Under the pieces are notes generated by a model, which was given only the letters and a program-made list of their open reading frames with translations, made no database searches and had not been told where the DNA came from. Below, piece by piece: positions 50,969 to 64,000 of a stretch of DNA of 64,000 nt. A program made the position numbers and the translations under genes. Position 1 is the stretch's first letter. Every line of letters begins with the position of its first letter. The DNA comes from Octopus vulgaris (lineage: Eukaryota): NCBI GenBank assembly GCA_951406725.2, contig OX597817.1, positions 44,330,001 to 44,394,000 of the forward strand, in the 5' to 3' direction.

Positions 50969-52050
50969 TTATTGCTTATTTAGCTTGGGTTCGAATTTAT
51001 CAATAAAATTCTTTTCTCTGATTATCCTCTCGATTTCACTTGGGCTGTGTAATTTGTAGAACGGAAATATTATATACATTTTCCGGCCACATGTTGTTAG
51101 GTGGTTACTCAAAGGTATCTGACGGACCTCTGGGTCTCTAATCTGTTGCCGGTGTACACGTGAGCGTTCTGATAGTGCGTTTCCCGTCTGACCTACATAT
51201 ATTTCTTCACAATTTGGGCATTTGATGCAGTAAATTAAATTTCTGCTTTTGCAGTTCATATTCGCGTTTGTGAATATTTTCCCGGTTTTTGTGTTTATAT
51301 ATTGGCCGGTATGTATGAATTGGCATGTGCCACATCGGCTATCATTGCATTTAGATACAGTGAATGTTTAGTCTTTGTTGCTAAGATCAAATTTTGCCTT
51401 TGTTAGTAATTTTTTCAAGTTTTTAGGCTGTCTTTTACTAAGCACCATAGCTCGATCCGTGATTATGTCTTTTAATTCATTACTTTGGGCAATGATTGGT
51501 AGGTTTGCTTTGGCAATGTTGAAGATATTCTGGTGACATGGGTTGTGTGTCACTATGAATGGTATGACTTGTTCTTGTTTTCCTCTTCCTTGGGTTGTCC
51601 TAAGTTGTTGTATGGGTATTTTTATAGCCCGCTGTATGCCATTTTCTATAAGTAGAGATGGGTATTTTTGTTTGAGCAAAAGTTCTCTTAGTTCTATTAG
51701 GCGTTTGTTCCTGATATTTGCATCTTCTACAATGGTACAAATTCTTCTGGCTAGGCAGTATGGGATGTTACGTTTTGTATGTGGTGGATGGCACGACTTA
51801 AAATTTAGGTATTGATGTGTGTCTGTGTGTTTATAGTATATATCTGTGGTGATGGTGGTGTCTTTTTTAATTACCATTATATCTAGGAATGGTAATTTGG
51901 TACTACTCATCTCCTTTGTAAAGTGGAGAGATGGGTGTAGGTTGTTCAGGAGGATATTGAACTTTTCCAGGGTATTTAGAGATTCTGTCCAGATTATGAA
52001 GCAGTCGTCAAGGTATCTCTTCCATGCCTTTTCAATATACTTTCTAATAT
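50969..52050 (-). pseudogene. Penelope RT C-terminus plus GIY-YIG endonuclease, one in-frame stop
   Basis: Track ORFs 51368..52111 and 50969..51259 are in the same frame, separated only by TAA at 51368-51370. Confidence 0.92.
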
Positions 52051-52364
52051 ATATATATTCGTTTCTTCTTTCAGCCCTGAATCGCTGGTGCATATGCAAA
52101 GATGTCGCCATACAGCGTGTGTTGCTTATTTAAAACTGGTATCTGAAATTCGCCGAAATAAGAATTCACACAAATACTGGAAAGGTACTTTATGGTCGCC
52201 GAAAGTATAAAAGACAAAACTGACATTGGCTTGGTTTGCTTAAAGTTTGTAGGTAAAGTTGAGTCTACAGTTTAAAAAAAAAGAAATCTGACACACAGGC
52301 ATATATGAAATTTGTATCTTGGTGGTGTCCAAATATATTGATTCTTCATATATCGAAATTATCA

Positions 52365-52575
52365 AGACGGTGAGCAGCCAGAATCGTTAGCATTCCAGGC
52401 GAAATTCTTAACGGCATTTCTTCACGCTTTGAGTTCAAATTCCATCGAGATCGACATTACCTTTCATTATTTCGAGGTCGACAAAATAAGAACAGTTGAG
52501 CACTGAGGTCGATATAATCGAATAACCTTCTCCCTCGAAATTATTTGCCGCTGTGCCAATTTTGAAATCAATATA
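52365..52575 (+). mobile_element. Degenerate family A SINE, old-type tail
   Basis: CAGAATCGTTAGC, GAGTTCAAATTCC and GTGCCAATTTTGAAA blocks. Confidence 0.75.
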
Positions 52576-52856
52576 TTGAAATTATCTCCCCTTTTTTCTG
52601 AGAGTTGTTAACAGTTATTTTGAGGTTTGGCTTTCTTCTTCATCTAACCAGCTAATTTGAATTAATTTAAATACTATTTTTTGTATGTGTACGCCATTCA
52701 CCAACTGACTGAATTAAGCACAAGTTAAGCTCGCTACGTTGCTAGCTAGCTAGCTAGCAAGACAGTAGGCGGGATAAATGGCTAGAAATATAGACAGATG
52801 GATAAATGGATAGATAGATTCAGCGATACAGAAATAGACTGATAAATAGATATATC

Positions 52857-52912
<56 letters not shown>

Positions 52913-52918
<6 letters not shown>

Positions 52919-54180
52919 GCGATGGGTAACTTGTCACCATTTTATATTTTTAATTGTGCATTTGCGCATTGTTGTTTTTTATATTTTGTCGACTACAAAG
53001 TATAGTAAGGTAGTTGGGCACCTTCTTTGAGAATAACAGTATCCTGACGCAGTTCACTCTGCCAGAAATTTGGAAAGGACATCTGTTCTACTTGGTATTC
53101 TCGCTAGAACATTTCAGAATGTTTGGGTGTCAATCTGAGGAGAGTGCAGAAGATTTGGAAAGAGTTGGATGAGTCTAATGATGATTACGAAGGTACAGCA
53201 GCTCGAAAAACTCGTCCTGATCGTTCTGATAAGAAAAGAACTCCTGAATTTGTTGTTGAGATCCAGGCCATGATTTACAACAATCCCTTCAAGTCAATCA
53301 AGTCCATCGCCAGGGACATAGAAGTGTCTGAGTTTCTTGTCAAGCAAGTAGTGCATGAAAACATTCGGTCTTCCTCATACAAGATGTGAAATGGCCAATT
53401 TTTATCCAAAGCCATCAAGGACAAGAGGAAAGACTGTGCTACGAAGCTTTTGAATGGACTCAAGCATCCCATCAAACCGAAGATGCTTTGGTTTTTCTCA
53501 GAAGAGAAAAATTTCTGTCAGGATAAGATAGTGAACACACAAAACAACAGTTGGCTTACCGTGTCGCCAAAACATGTACTGAGAGTGATAAAAATCAAAC
53601 ATCCTGTCAACATCATGGTGTTTGGAGTCATTACTAGTGAAGGCGATGTTATGCCTCCATTCATCTTTCCTCACGGCCTTACACTCAACATGGAGGCCTA
53701 CATCAATGGCCTGGAGGAGGTTGATTGCTGGAAGACCCTATATCCGGCACTCGGAATCTGCACCATGCCACACAATCAAGAGAACCCAGTCATGACTATC
53801 AGACAATTTATGCGACCACATCACCCCTAACATCTGGCCAGCTAACTCCCCAGACTACAACCTTCTTGATTATTATGTTGGGTGGGGGGCGCAGTTGAGC
53901 GAGAGACCAACAAAACAGCTTGTAGCACCTAAGATCAACTGAAGGCAAGGATTATGACAGTATTCACAACTTCATCAAGGGGACTGCCCAGAAGTGTTGC
54001 AGGAAAGTCCGAAGTTGTCTGAGGGCCATGGTGTAAGCCAATAGCGATTTTATTGAATAAATTTACTGTTTAGTATTTCTAGATATTTTTATGTAATTTT
54101 GGTAACATATCTGTTAAAAATATCATGTCAGTTTTATTTTCGTTTTTCTGTAATTTAGACGACAATTTATTTACCGTGCC

Positions 54181-54183
<3 letters not shown>
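52913..54183 (+). mobile_element. Near full-length, decayed Tc1/mariner superfamily transposon (maT/DD37D-like) in (TA)n
   Basis: Imperfect TIRs TAGGGTGCGATGGGTAACTTGTCACC / GACGACAATTTATTTACCGTGCCCTG; WFFSEEKNF, IMVFGVITSEG and WPANSPDYNLLDYY motifs; stops and frameshifts. Confidence 0.88.
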
Positions 54184-54268
<85 letters not shown>

Positions 54269-54341
54269 ATGTATATCGAGAAGAGATAGAGAGAGAGAGA
54301 AGGAGATAAACGTATAGATAGAGAGAAATATAGATAGGTAA

Positions 54342-54376
<35 letters not shown>

Positions 54377-54695
54377 TGTGCATTGATGGATGGCTGGATT
54401 GTTGGCTAGATGGGTTAATAGACAACTAGGATACGGAAATGTACAGGTAAAGAGCTAGATAAATACACACGCAGATCAATAAGAACGAAAGGGAATAAAT
54501 AAATAAAAAAAAAGATAAAAATAAAAAAAAATAAATAGTGAGTGAGATAACTAGCTAGAAAGATAGACATATTGGGACAGAGCCAAAATAATGTGGACAG
54601 ATTGATAGAAGCTACTTAAAATTTATAGATAAATTGGTAGAGAGGTAATAAGTAGTACATTGTAGAGGAGCTGACATATAAATATAAATAAATAA

Positions 54696-54730
<35 letters not shown>

Positions 54731-54733
54731 TAC

Positions 54734-54799
<66 letters not shown>

Positions 54800-55578
54800 G
54801 ATAGCAAATAGATAGGTATGTAGTGTGAGGATAGGTGGCTTACTTAGTGTCCAGTTAAGACGGTATGTAGTTGTTGAGTAGCTGCATGCCGGTTCTGGTA
54901 CGTAGGTAACCATTAAATCGGCTAGGCACGATCCTCAGATCTGTTGTCGACGCAGCTTCTGCCTGAATGAAACAATACTACACATTTATACACACTAATA
55001 AATGGTATGGCAAGAAGTGTGACAGTCTGGTCGTAATATATTCACTCCACTGTCCAATCAACTTTTGTATGTTCATAAATTCGGGTCATGGCTAAAGCCG
55101 AGGTGAGAAAGGTGGACTCGTTTTGATCTGTACAGTCACTGTTTTTCTATACTTATCTTTGGTGAAGTGCATTCCTGCAGAATCTTTTCGTTTAGTATTT
55201 GTCCCCGTGTGTGAACGCACGTAACCTTATGAATAAGGCGTTTGGCTTCCGATCATAAGGCTTTGCGTTCAACTACTACGTTGTGGCCATGAACAAGGCA
55301 CTTCATTTCACGTTCCTCCAATCTATTCAGTACTAGCCAGCTGATGGCGCACCGACCTGACATTCTAGCTTTCACATCCTGGATATTCTACTAAGTCAAG
55401 GGCGAGAGGGAGACGATGATTTATGTGTCTGCTTGAGACTACGTAGCCGTCAAAAGCAATTGGTCAAAGCATAGTACACATTACGTAGCCATTCCCGCTC
55501 GCAAGAATTGGCTTGCTATATTTACATTGCCTTTTGCAAGTGATAAATCATTTTCCCTATCTCTGCTCTCTTTCTCCT

Positions 55579-55648
<70 letters not shown>

Positions 55649-55739
55649 ACGCTGCTCTCCTCCACTCGAAAAGCAAGAATAGAAACCATTCATTAGATCT
55701 TACATTCCTTTGGTCTATGAACTCTACTATGAACTAATC

Positions 55740-55958
55740 GTTGCCGGTTCAAGGCATCACCCACTACTTCAGATCAAAAATTTCACCCTTTTGAAATAGC
55801 AGCTATTGCGCGCGAGTGTGTGCGTTTTATGCTTGACTGGCCTGAGTTGGGGGTGTTAGAAGTAACGTAGCTAGATTGTGTGTTGCCAGAAGACTCTGAA
55901 TCCTACCTCCACTTCACTCGCTTTTGTTTCAATAAAGCATATACAGGCTTGTATAACA
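55740..55958 (+). mobile_element. Possible short solo LTR
   Basis: GC-richer block with AATAAA about 20 nt before ...TAACA; 5' TG and TSD not clear. Confidence 0.25.
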
Positions 55959-56269
55959 TACCCAAAAGGGCTTTACTTGATAGAGCTCCCTCATTGCCCT
56001 CTCTAACTACGCTACTAGACGATATTACATTTATAAAGTTACAGTAAGAGCGATATGGCGTGTTACCTATGTATCATGCTTGTTTCTAGGAGAGTTTTCA
56101 TTGATAGATTGATAGTGCGAGAATTGAAATTTGATGACGGTGCTAATTACAGCGGTGTTAGACTCGCGGTTTCGGTTGGTAGATCATCAGTAACTTGTAG
56201 TTAGACACATTTTGAAACATTTTGGAATCTATTTTTTTCTAGGTAATTTTAATTAATTTTTGTTTATTG

Positions 56270-56600
56270 GAATGTCAAGTTAAGAAAATCGATACCTCTT
56301 TCTTTTTGCCTTTAATCAAGGTTTTAAGGCCGCAAAGGCTGTTCGCGACATTTGTGCTGTGTATGGAGAGGGTGCCATAGCTGAAAGAACTGCTCGTGAT
56401 TGAGATGCCAAATTCAAAAATGGAAATTTTAACCTCAAAGACGCACCTTGTTCTGGCCGTCCAGTTGAGTTCGATGAAGAGTGATTAAACCGACAAGGAA
56501 ACTGGCAGAGAAAATAGAATGCTCCCACACTGCTATAGAGAAGCATCATCAATTGATGGGAAAGGTTCAGAAGTATGGAGCATGAGTTCCGCATCCTTCA
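56270..56600 (+). mobile_element. Mariner transposase N-terminal (HTH) fragment
   Basis: KAAKAVRDICAVYGEGAIAERT...KFKNGNFNLKDAPCSGRP and a degenerate WVPH motif. Confidence 0.88.
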
Positions 56601-57299
56601 AGTGTGTGTGTGTGTGTGTGTTTGTGTGTGTGTGCCTGCCTGTCTGTCTGTCTGTATATATGTCTTTATTTAGTTGTGTGTGTATATACAAAAATTTATC
56701 TTAGAAATGTGTGAGAGGTGAAGAGTATATGTGCATATAATGTATATAGACAAGTGCAGATCAGAGTTGTCTTAAGAGCATAATAACACCCTGCACTGGG
56801 GGGAAAGCAATCACTAGGGGTTTTATACACCCAGCAACAGCATACATATATTAACCGTGGGACCATTGAACCGTGGGACCATTGGGCAACTTCCCGGTAT
56901 GCCTTTGCCGTAGAACAGCGCTTACAGGGGCGTGAGTCGCAGCGTATCTCGACGATAAGTTAGTTTGTAACTATATACATATGATCCATTCCTTTTTATG
57001 AACTGCTATGAAGAGAGTTAGATATTTAGATATATGGATCGATGTACATACATACAAGAAGCGATTAGGAAACAGACAGTTTGATAAGTAGCTTTTAGGG
57101 TAGACATATATATGTCTAAAGATGTATAGGAGCGATGGTTAGTTTGATAATCTGATCAATGGATTAGGGGATATATCGATTATCTCTTACACTACACTTG
57201 ATGCTGTAAATTGATTGGTACTACCGTAGAAGTTAGAGCGCATAGAGACAGATATACACAAAATATATACGCTTATATAAACACGTGAATCTATATGTA

Positions 57300-59005
<1,706 letters not shown>

Positions 59006-59680
59006 CCATTTGGGCAAGGTCATTAGTGCATCTGATAGATCACTTGGCGATAAACATTCCGGCTCTGCAGAATGAACGATTTCGCCTTTCATTCTTTTCC
59101 TCTTTCATTCTTCATTCTTGATCTTTGAATAAAGTACCAGTCTTGTCCTGCGATCGATTATTTTGTTTCTGTAAATCTTCTCTGTTTCTCGCCCGGAAGA
59201 AATCGACCGTTGTCAGATGCATTTGTGTTTGTTATTTGTGTGTGTATGTATATATTGTATACATATATGTTCTCAGCTGTTCAATAGTTTGTAATGCATC
59301 TAATTTCTCTATTGCTGCCAGCGGTCAACGCTAACTAGTGTACTATCTGAGAGTTTGCGCCCCACGCGAGTGTTGGGGGTATAAACCTCTGCACATACAT
59401 TACACTACAAACACACACATACAACACACACACACATATGTATGCACTCTCACACACGCACATACGCATGCTCACTCACAGTTCTGAAGCAATATAAAAT
59501 GGTTGCTCAATCATTTTAGTCGATGAATATTACAGTCGCTGGATCGACTGAAATATCTAACGTATAACCAGATAGCTATTCTACCGATACATACGTGAGA
59601 AAAGGCAAGAATAAAAATATATACACACAAATGCGTACATCTAGACGAAGACACCAATGCATATATTCTAATAGACGTAT

Positions 59681-59915
59681 AAGGCGGCGAGCTGGCAGGA
59701 ACGTTAGCGCGCCGGGCGAAATGTTTAGCGGTATTTCGTCTTTCGTTACGTTCTGAGTTCAAATTCCGCTGAGGTCGACTTTGCCTTTCATCCTCTCAGG
59801 GTCGATAAATAAAGTACCAGTTTCGCACTAGGTCGATGTAATCGACTTAATCCCTTTCTTTGTCTGTCCTTGTTTGTCCCCTCTATGTTTAGCCCCTAGT
59901 GGGTAGTAAAGAAAT
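59681..59915 (+). mobile_element. Young family A SINE
   Basis: Full length; imperfect TSD TATT(TT)CTAATAG on both sides. Confidence 0.92.
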
Positions 59916-60236
59916 ATATTTTCTAATAGCCATATATCTCGCTGTTGTGCCACTGTAACTGTTTTTCTAGGGTTAGATGGCATAATTCCCTAGAGTAGTA
60001 GTGAAGACAAGTTCTAAAGTTAGGGGGAGCGGACACATAAAAAAGGGGCGTAAAACATGCCAAATAATCAATTTTTAACTCATTTCTCTTATATAACACG
60101 AAATATTTCATTAGTTATACTATACGTAATTGTATTCTACATACATTAATTTTATGTTTCAAATAACAATGTCGTTATGTATGAAAATTATAACTACTGA
60201 TGTAAGTGTGACGTGAAAAGGATGAAACTCCGCAGT

Positions 60237-60388
60237 AGGCTTAGGAGTGGCTGTGTGGTAAGTAGCTTGCTTACCAACTACATGGTTCTGGGTTCAGTAC
60301 CACTGCGTGGCACCTTGGGCATGTCTTCTACTATAGCCTCGGGCTGACCAAAGCTTTGTGAGTGGATATGAAGCCCGTCATATATATG

Positions 60389-60443
<55 letters not shown>

Positions 60444-60650
60444 TTGTGTGTCTGTGTTTGTCCCCCCAACATCGCTTGACAACTGATGCTGGTGTGTTTA
60501 CGTCCCCATAACTTAGCAGTACAGCAAGAGAGACCGGTAGAATAAGTACTAGGTTTACAAAGAATAAGTCCTGGGGTCGATTTGCTCGACTAAAAGCGGT
60601 GCTCCAGCATGGCCACAGTCAAATGGCTGAAACAAGTAAAAGAGAGTAAA
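60237..60650 (+). mobile_element. Family B SINE
   Basis: Near full length with internal (TA)n(TG)n. Confidence 0.92.
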
Positions 60651-62298
60651 ACACAGATCGTTCAGTGTCGAGAGGTTATGACGTCAAGGCTTGTTATGGT
60701 TCTTCTGATGGCAGCATTCACCAACGTTTCGCAGGAGATTGAGCAAACAATTAAAAAACGCAGAATGTTTTTTTCAAGGTCAAGCGAGTAACAAAAACAA
60801 AACATTTTACTTGTATCGCACAAGTGAACTAAAGGGTTAAAAAAAACCGTTGGAAATGTTCTCCCTCCTTTCATCCCTTTCTCGTTTCTCCCCTTCTTCC
60901 TTGTTCTCCTTCCCCCTTGCACCCTTTTCCACCGTTATTTCGTTTCTCCCTTTGTTTCCCTTTTCCTCCTTGCTATGTCAATGCCCAAGAGGCCATCATA
61001 TAGACAAAGAGCATCCTATTACGCTGCTTTTAAAACTAGGCAGGATTCATCCACTTTGTGCTCCATATAAAATTGAGGTAGTATCTAGCATGAACGTATC
61101 TAAAAATTGGCCGTTTAATTTTCTGGTATAGAACAAGCAACTGATCACCACACAACTTACTTCTAACCCATTTCATTTACAAGGCTTAGGTCAACTCCAA
61201 GAAACAGCTGTAGTTACCTCCAAAGAGCCCCAGTATGTGGTTGAACATGACACCTCAGGATTACGGTGTGAACTAATTAACAATTTGACTATGGAGGTAG
61301 ATGTGTGTATAAATTTGGACACCCGCATAAAAGTTAATGCACACATATATAATATGTGCATATAGGTAGGTCAATATGTATAAATGCATATATACAATTA
61401 TGTGCATTTCTACATATATAATCAATAAATTGTTGCTATTAACGATATACTTACATATTCATACATATAAACAAATATATATATACGAACATAGACATAT
61501 AAGAACATACAAACACATACATACATACATACATACATTGATTTATGCATGTATCTATGATCATACATACAGTTATACATTTACACTTACATTCATATAT
61601 ACATCATGTGCATACAAGTATATATTGAATATACATATAAACATACACGTACATAGGTTCATGCACACAGCGGCATATGCATATATACATACACAAATAT
61701 ACGAAGAAATATGCATGTGTACATAAACGCACAAATATACATTCATACTTGCACAACATTGCTTTTTGGCAACGTTGAAACAGAGGATGTGAAAACCGAA
61801 ACAAGCAGTGACTGAAAGTAAAAATGAAGCAAGGCGAGTGAAAACTGAGCGAGAATCAGATATTGGAAGCGAGTGTAGTTGAACGAATGCTTTACTAAGT
61901 TGGTCGTTGTTGTTTGTCATGTTTGGCAAAAGCTGATTTACTTCTGACACCTAGAGCGATCGATCAATACCTATGCTAGGTAGTTAGCTAGATTACTATG
62001 TCGCTAGTCACTTTACATTCCTGCAATTTATCTCCTTCCACTGATGCAAAGACAACAGATAGGAGATAAGACACGAAGTAAAGAAAACCCAGTTGTAGGT
62101 ATTTCATTTTACTGGATGGCCTAGGAAGAGAAAAGGAAAAAGCAAGGGAGATAGATAAAGTGAGAGAGAGAGAGGGGGGAGGAGTAAGAAAGAGAGGATG
62201 AGGTAGACATAGAGAAAGGGAAGGTGGTTAGGGAAATGGTTTGTGCATTCCATATGCACATACGCAATACATAAACAACAATATGTATGTATATACAT

Positions 62299-62362
<64 letters not shown>

Positions 62363-63127
62363 GTGTGTGTATATCTAGAGAGAAAGAGAGAGAGGGAGGG
62401 AGGGGGGAGAGGGAAAGAGACACAAACAGAGACAGGGATTCTTTCAAGCAAATATATATACCCGCACAACGCGCACATACACTTAGATGCCATAAGCCGT
62501 TATGCATACGCACAATACATGTATGCTCAGAATTAATCTACATATGCACACAGACACAGACAAACGCATACACAAACACACACATACCAATACACTAACA
62601 CACAGATAAACATACACACACTCACACACACACGCACACTCAAATTCGGAGTATATTAGGAGGGAAAGCTTAAATGATTATCTTTACGAAAATACATCAA
62701 TTATCTTACTTTTACAACTTTGCTACAGTACAGCAAAAATCCTGTCACATACATGGATTACTGTAATAACGAAGGTGCCTGTATCCATCTAACATAAACT
62801 AGATATGTCTAATCTTTATCTTGTATCCACAAGTTAAGTTACTTGTTTTCAAATTCAACAAGTTTCATTTTTTTTTAGTTGAATTTATAAAATTCAGAAG
62901 CAACAGATAATGAAGTATATGCAAAACGCCCTCCTTCTCAAGATATAGTGTACACATGTACGTGTATTTTCTTTTTATCTTTTTAATTTAGAACAGCGTT
63001 TTCCATCCTATTTTCTCCCGGGCCCGACTGTAGCTTTCCAGAAAAATGTATGCCTTACCGTTGGTTGGAAAAAAAACAACTTTATTTTTAATATTTCATA
63101 ATTATATGTTTGTTCCTTCTCGATTCA

Positions 63128-63408
63128 TGCCTGGTTAATAAGGGCCGGTTTCCCGGTTTCCTTGGCGTATAGGTTCCCCACCTGGGCGGAACGCCGGTCC
63201 GTTGCATATGAGCTATAAGATGCAGGAGGAAAGAGTGAGAGAAAGTTGCGGTGAAAGAGTCAGCAGAAGTTCGCCATTACCTTCTACCGGAGCCGCGTGG
63301 AGCTTAGGTGTTCCGCTAATAAACACACATACCGCCCGGTCTGAGATTCGAACCCGCGATCCCTGGACCACAATCCGTTGCTCTGACCACTAGGACATGT
63401 GCCTCCAC
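63128..63408 (-). mobile_element. Family C SINE (head as 2452 copy, tail as 31312 copy)
   Basis: B-box GGTTCGAATCT, AACACCTAAGCTCCACG block, tail GGCCGGTTTCCCGGTTTC. Confidence 0.85.
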
Positions 63409-63554
63409 TCATAATTATATATTTTCCTTACAGAAATATCCACACTAGGGCATTAGAATAGGGCTATATTGTAGCAAACAGTCTTCACATAGTATGCTAG
63501 GATGGAGGGATTGGTTTAACTCTGCTGAGTATAGGTGTAACATGTTTACTGTAA

Positions 63555-63665
63555 AAAAAGTTTTTCACAATTCCATGTTCAGCTAAAATATTGGGATCCC
63601 ATGCCCCACCATAATTTTCTCAGTTCCCACCGGTGGGACGTCTGCCCTATATTGGGAATCATTGA
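63555..63665 (+). mobile_element. Probable right end of a hAT (Charlie-like) non-autonomous element
   Basis: Ends TTGGGAATCATTG followed by ATTTAGAG, similar to a Charlie TIR and NTCTAGAN target. Confidence 0.45.
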
Positions 63666-64000
63666 TTTAGAGTTAATTTTGAACGGCTAACTATTTTGTA
63701 GCGAGGTCTTGAAGGAAAGCATCTCGTCTTTGCCATCATTCTTTACATCCTAAGAAGGACCGGCACATTTTTTTCATTAACCCATATATCCTGAACACTT
63801 ATGGTGTATGAATTAAGGAGGCACTTTCTCTCTCGAGGAACACATATCCATCCATACTTCGTATCCTGTTGTTCCAGAAATAATAGGTATAAAACTCAAA
63901 GTGTATCCTAGGTATTGAATACATGTATGTAGGTATGCATATATGTATGTTCCCTTCTATATATAATTATTTAAGTTCTTCTTCTAAGGAAGGAGCTGCT

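Larger units (their letters stand above)
50270..52050 (-). mobile_element. 5'-truncated Penelope-like element (Neptune-type) with 3' pLTR
   Basis: RT RYLDDCF and LPFLD motifs, Cys linker KCNDSRCGTC, GIY-YIG domain NLIYCIKCPNCEEIYVGQTG; CCAAT boxes and a hammerhead in the 3' region; TA runs at both ends. Confidence 0.95.

Noticed and set aside
56864-56895. 16-bp tandem duplication AACCGTGGGACCATTG x2 (~56853-56884) and flanking GC-rich block
   Set aside because: Two copies only; probably a local slippage within a DNA-transposon relic that I cannot classify
60678-60791. Neuropeptide-like micro-ORF MTSRLVMVLLMAAF...KKRR
   Set aside because: Only 37 aa, short hydrophobic core, no amidation Gly or repeated peptide, no supporting gene structure

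Overview
AT-rich eukaryotic, essentially non-coding DNA. The SINE families, dense (TA/CA/ATCT/TAA)n microsatellites and TE mix point to a coleoid cephalopod, most likely Octopus (inferred, not searched). I found no intact host gene, tRNA/rRNA gene or CRISPR array, and most of the long ORFs in the track are microsatellite read-through. The window holds three tRNA-headed SINE families (labelled A, B and C here), LINE fragments (Tx1/L1, RTE, R4/Dong), a near-intact Neptune-type Penelope 3' half, Tc1/mariner relics and MITEs. The main observations are: (1) a Meta-domain SINE whose young 3' tail matches the 3' end of a Tx1 LINE in the same window, and which repeatedly inserts at the same GGTAT site inside older SINE heads; (2) hammerhead ribozyme motifs, one with an unusually long stem II in a small non-coding element; (3) a perfect 87-bp palindrome; (4) a 27 x 19-bp array built from a SINE 5' end; (5) candidate splice or recursive-splice signals near 41.7-42.3 kb. 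Repeat boundaries were read by eye and are approximate.
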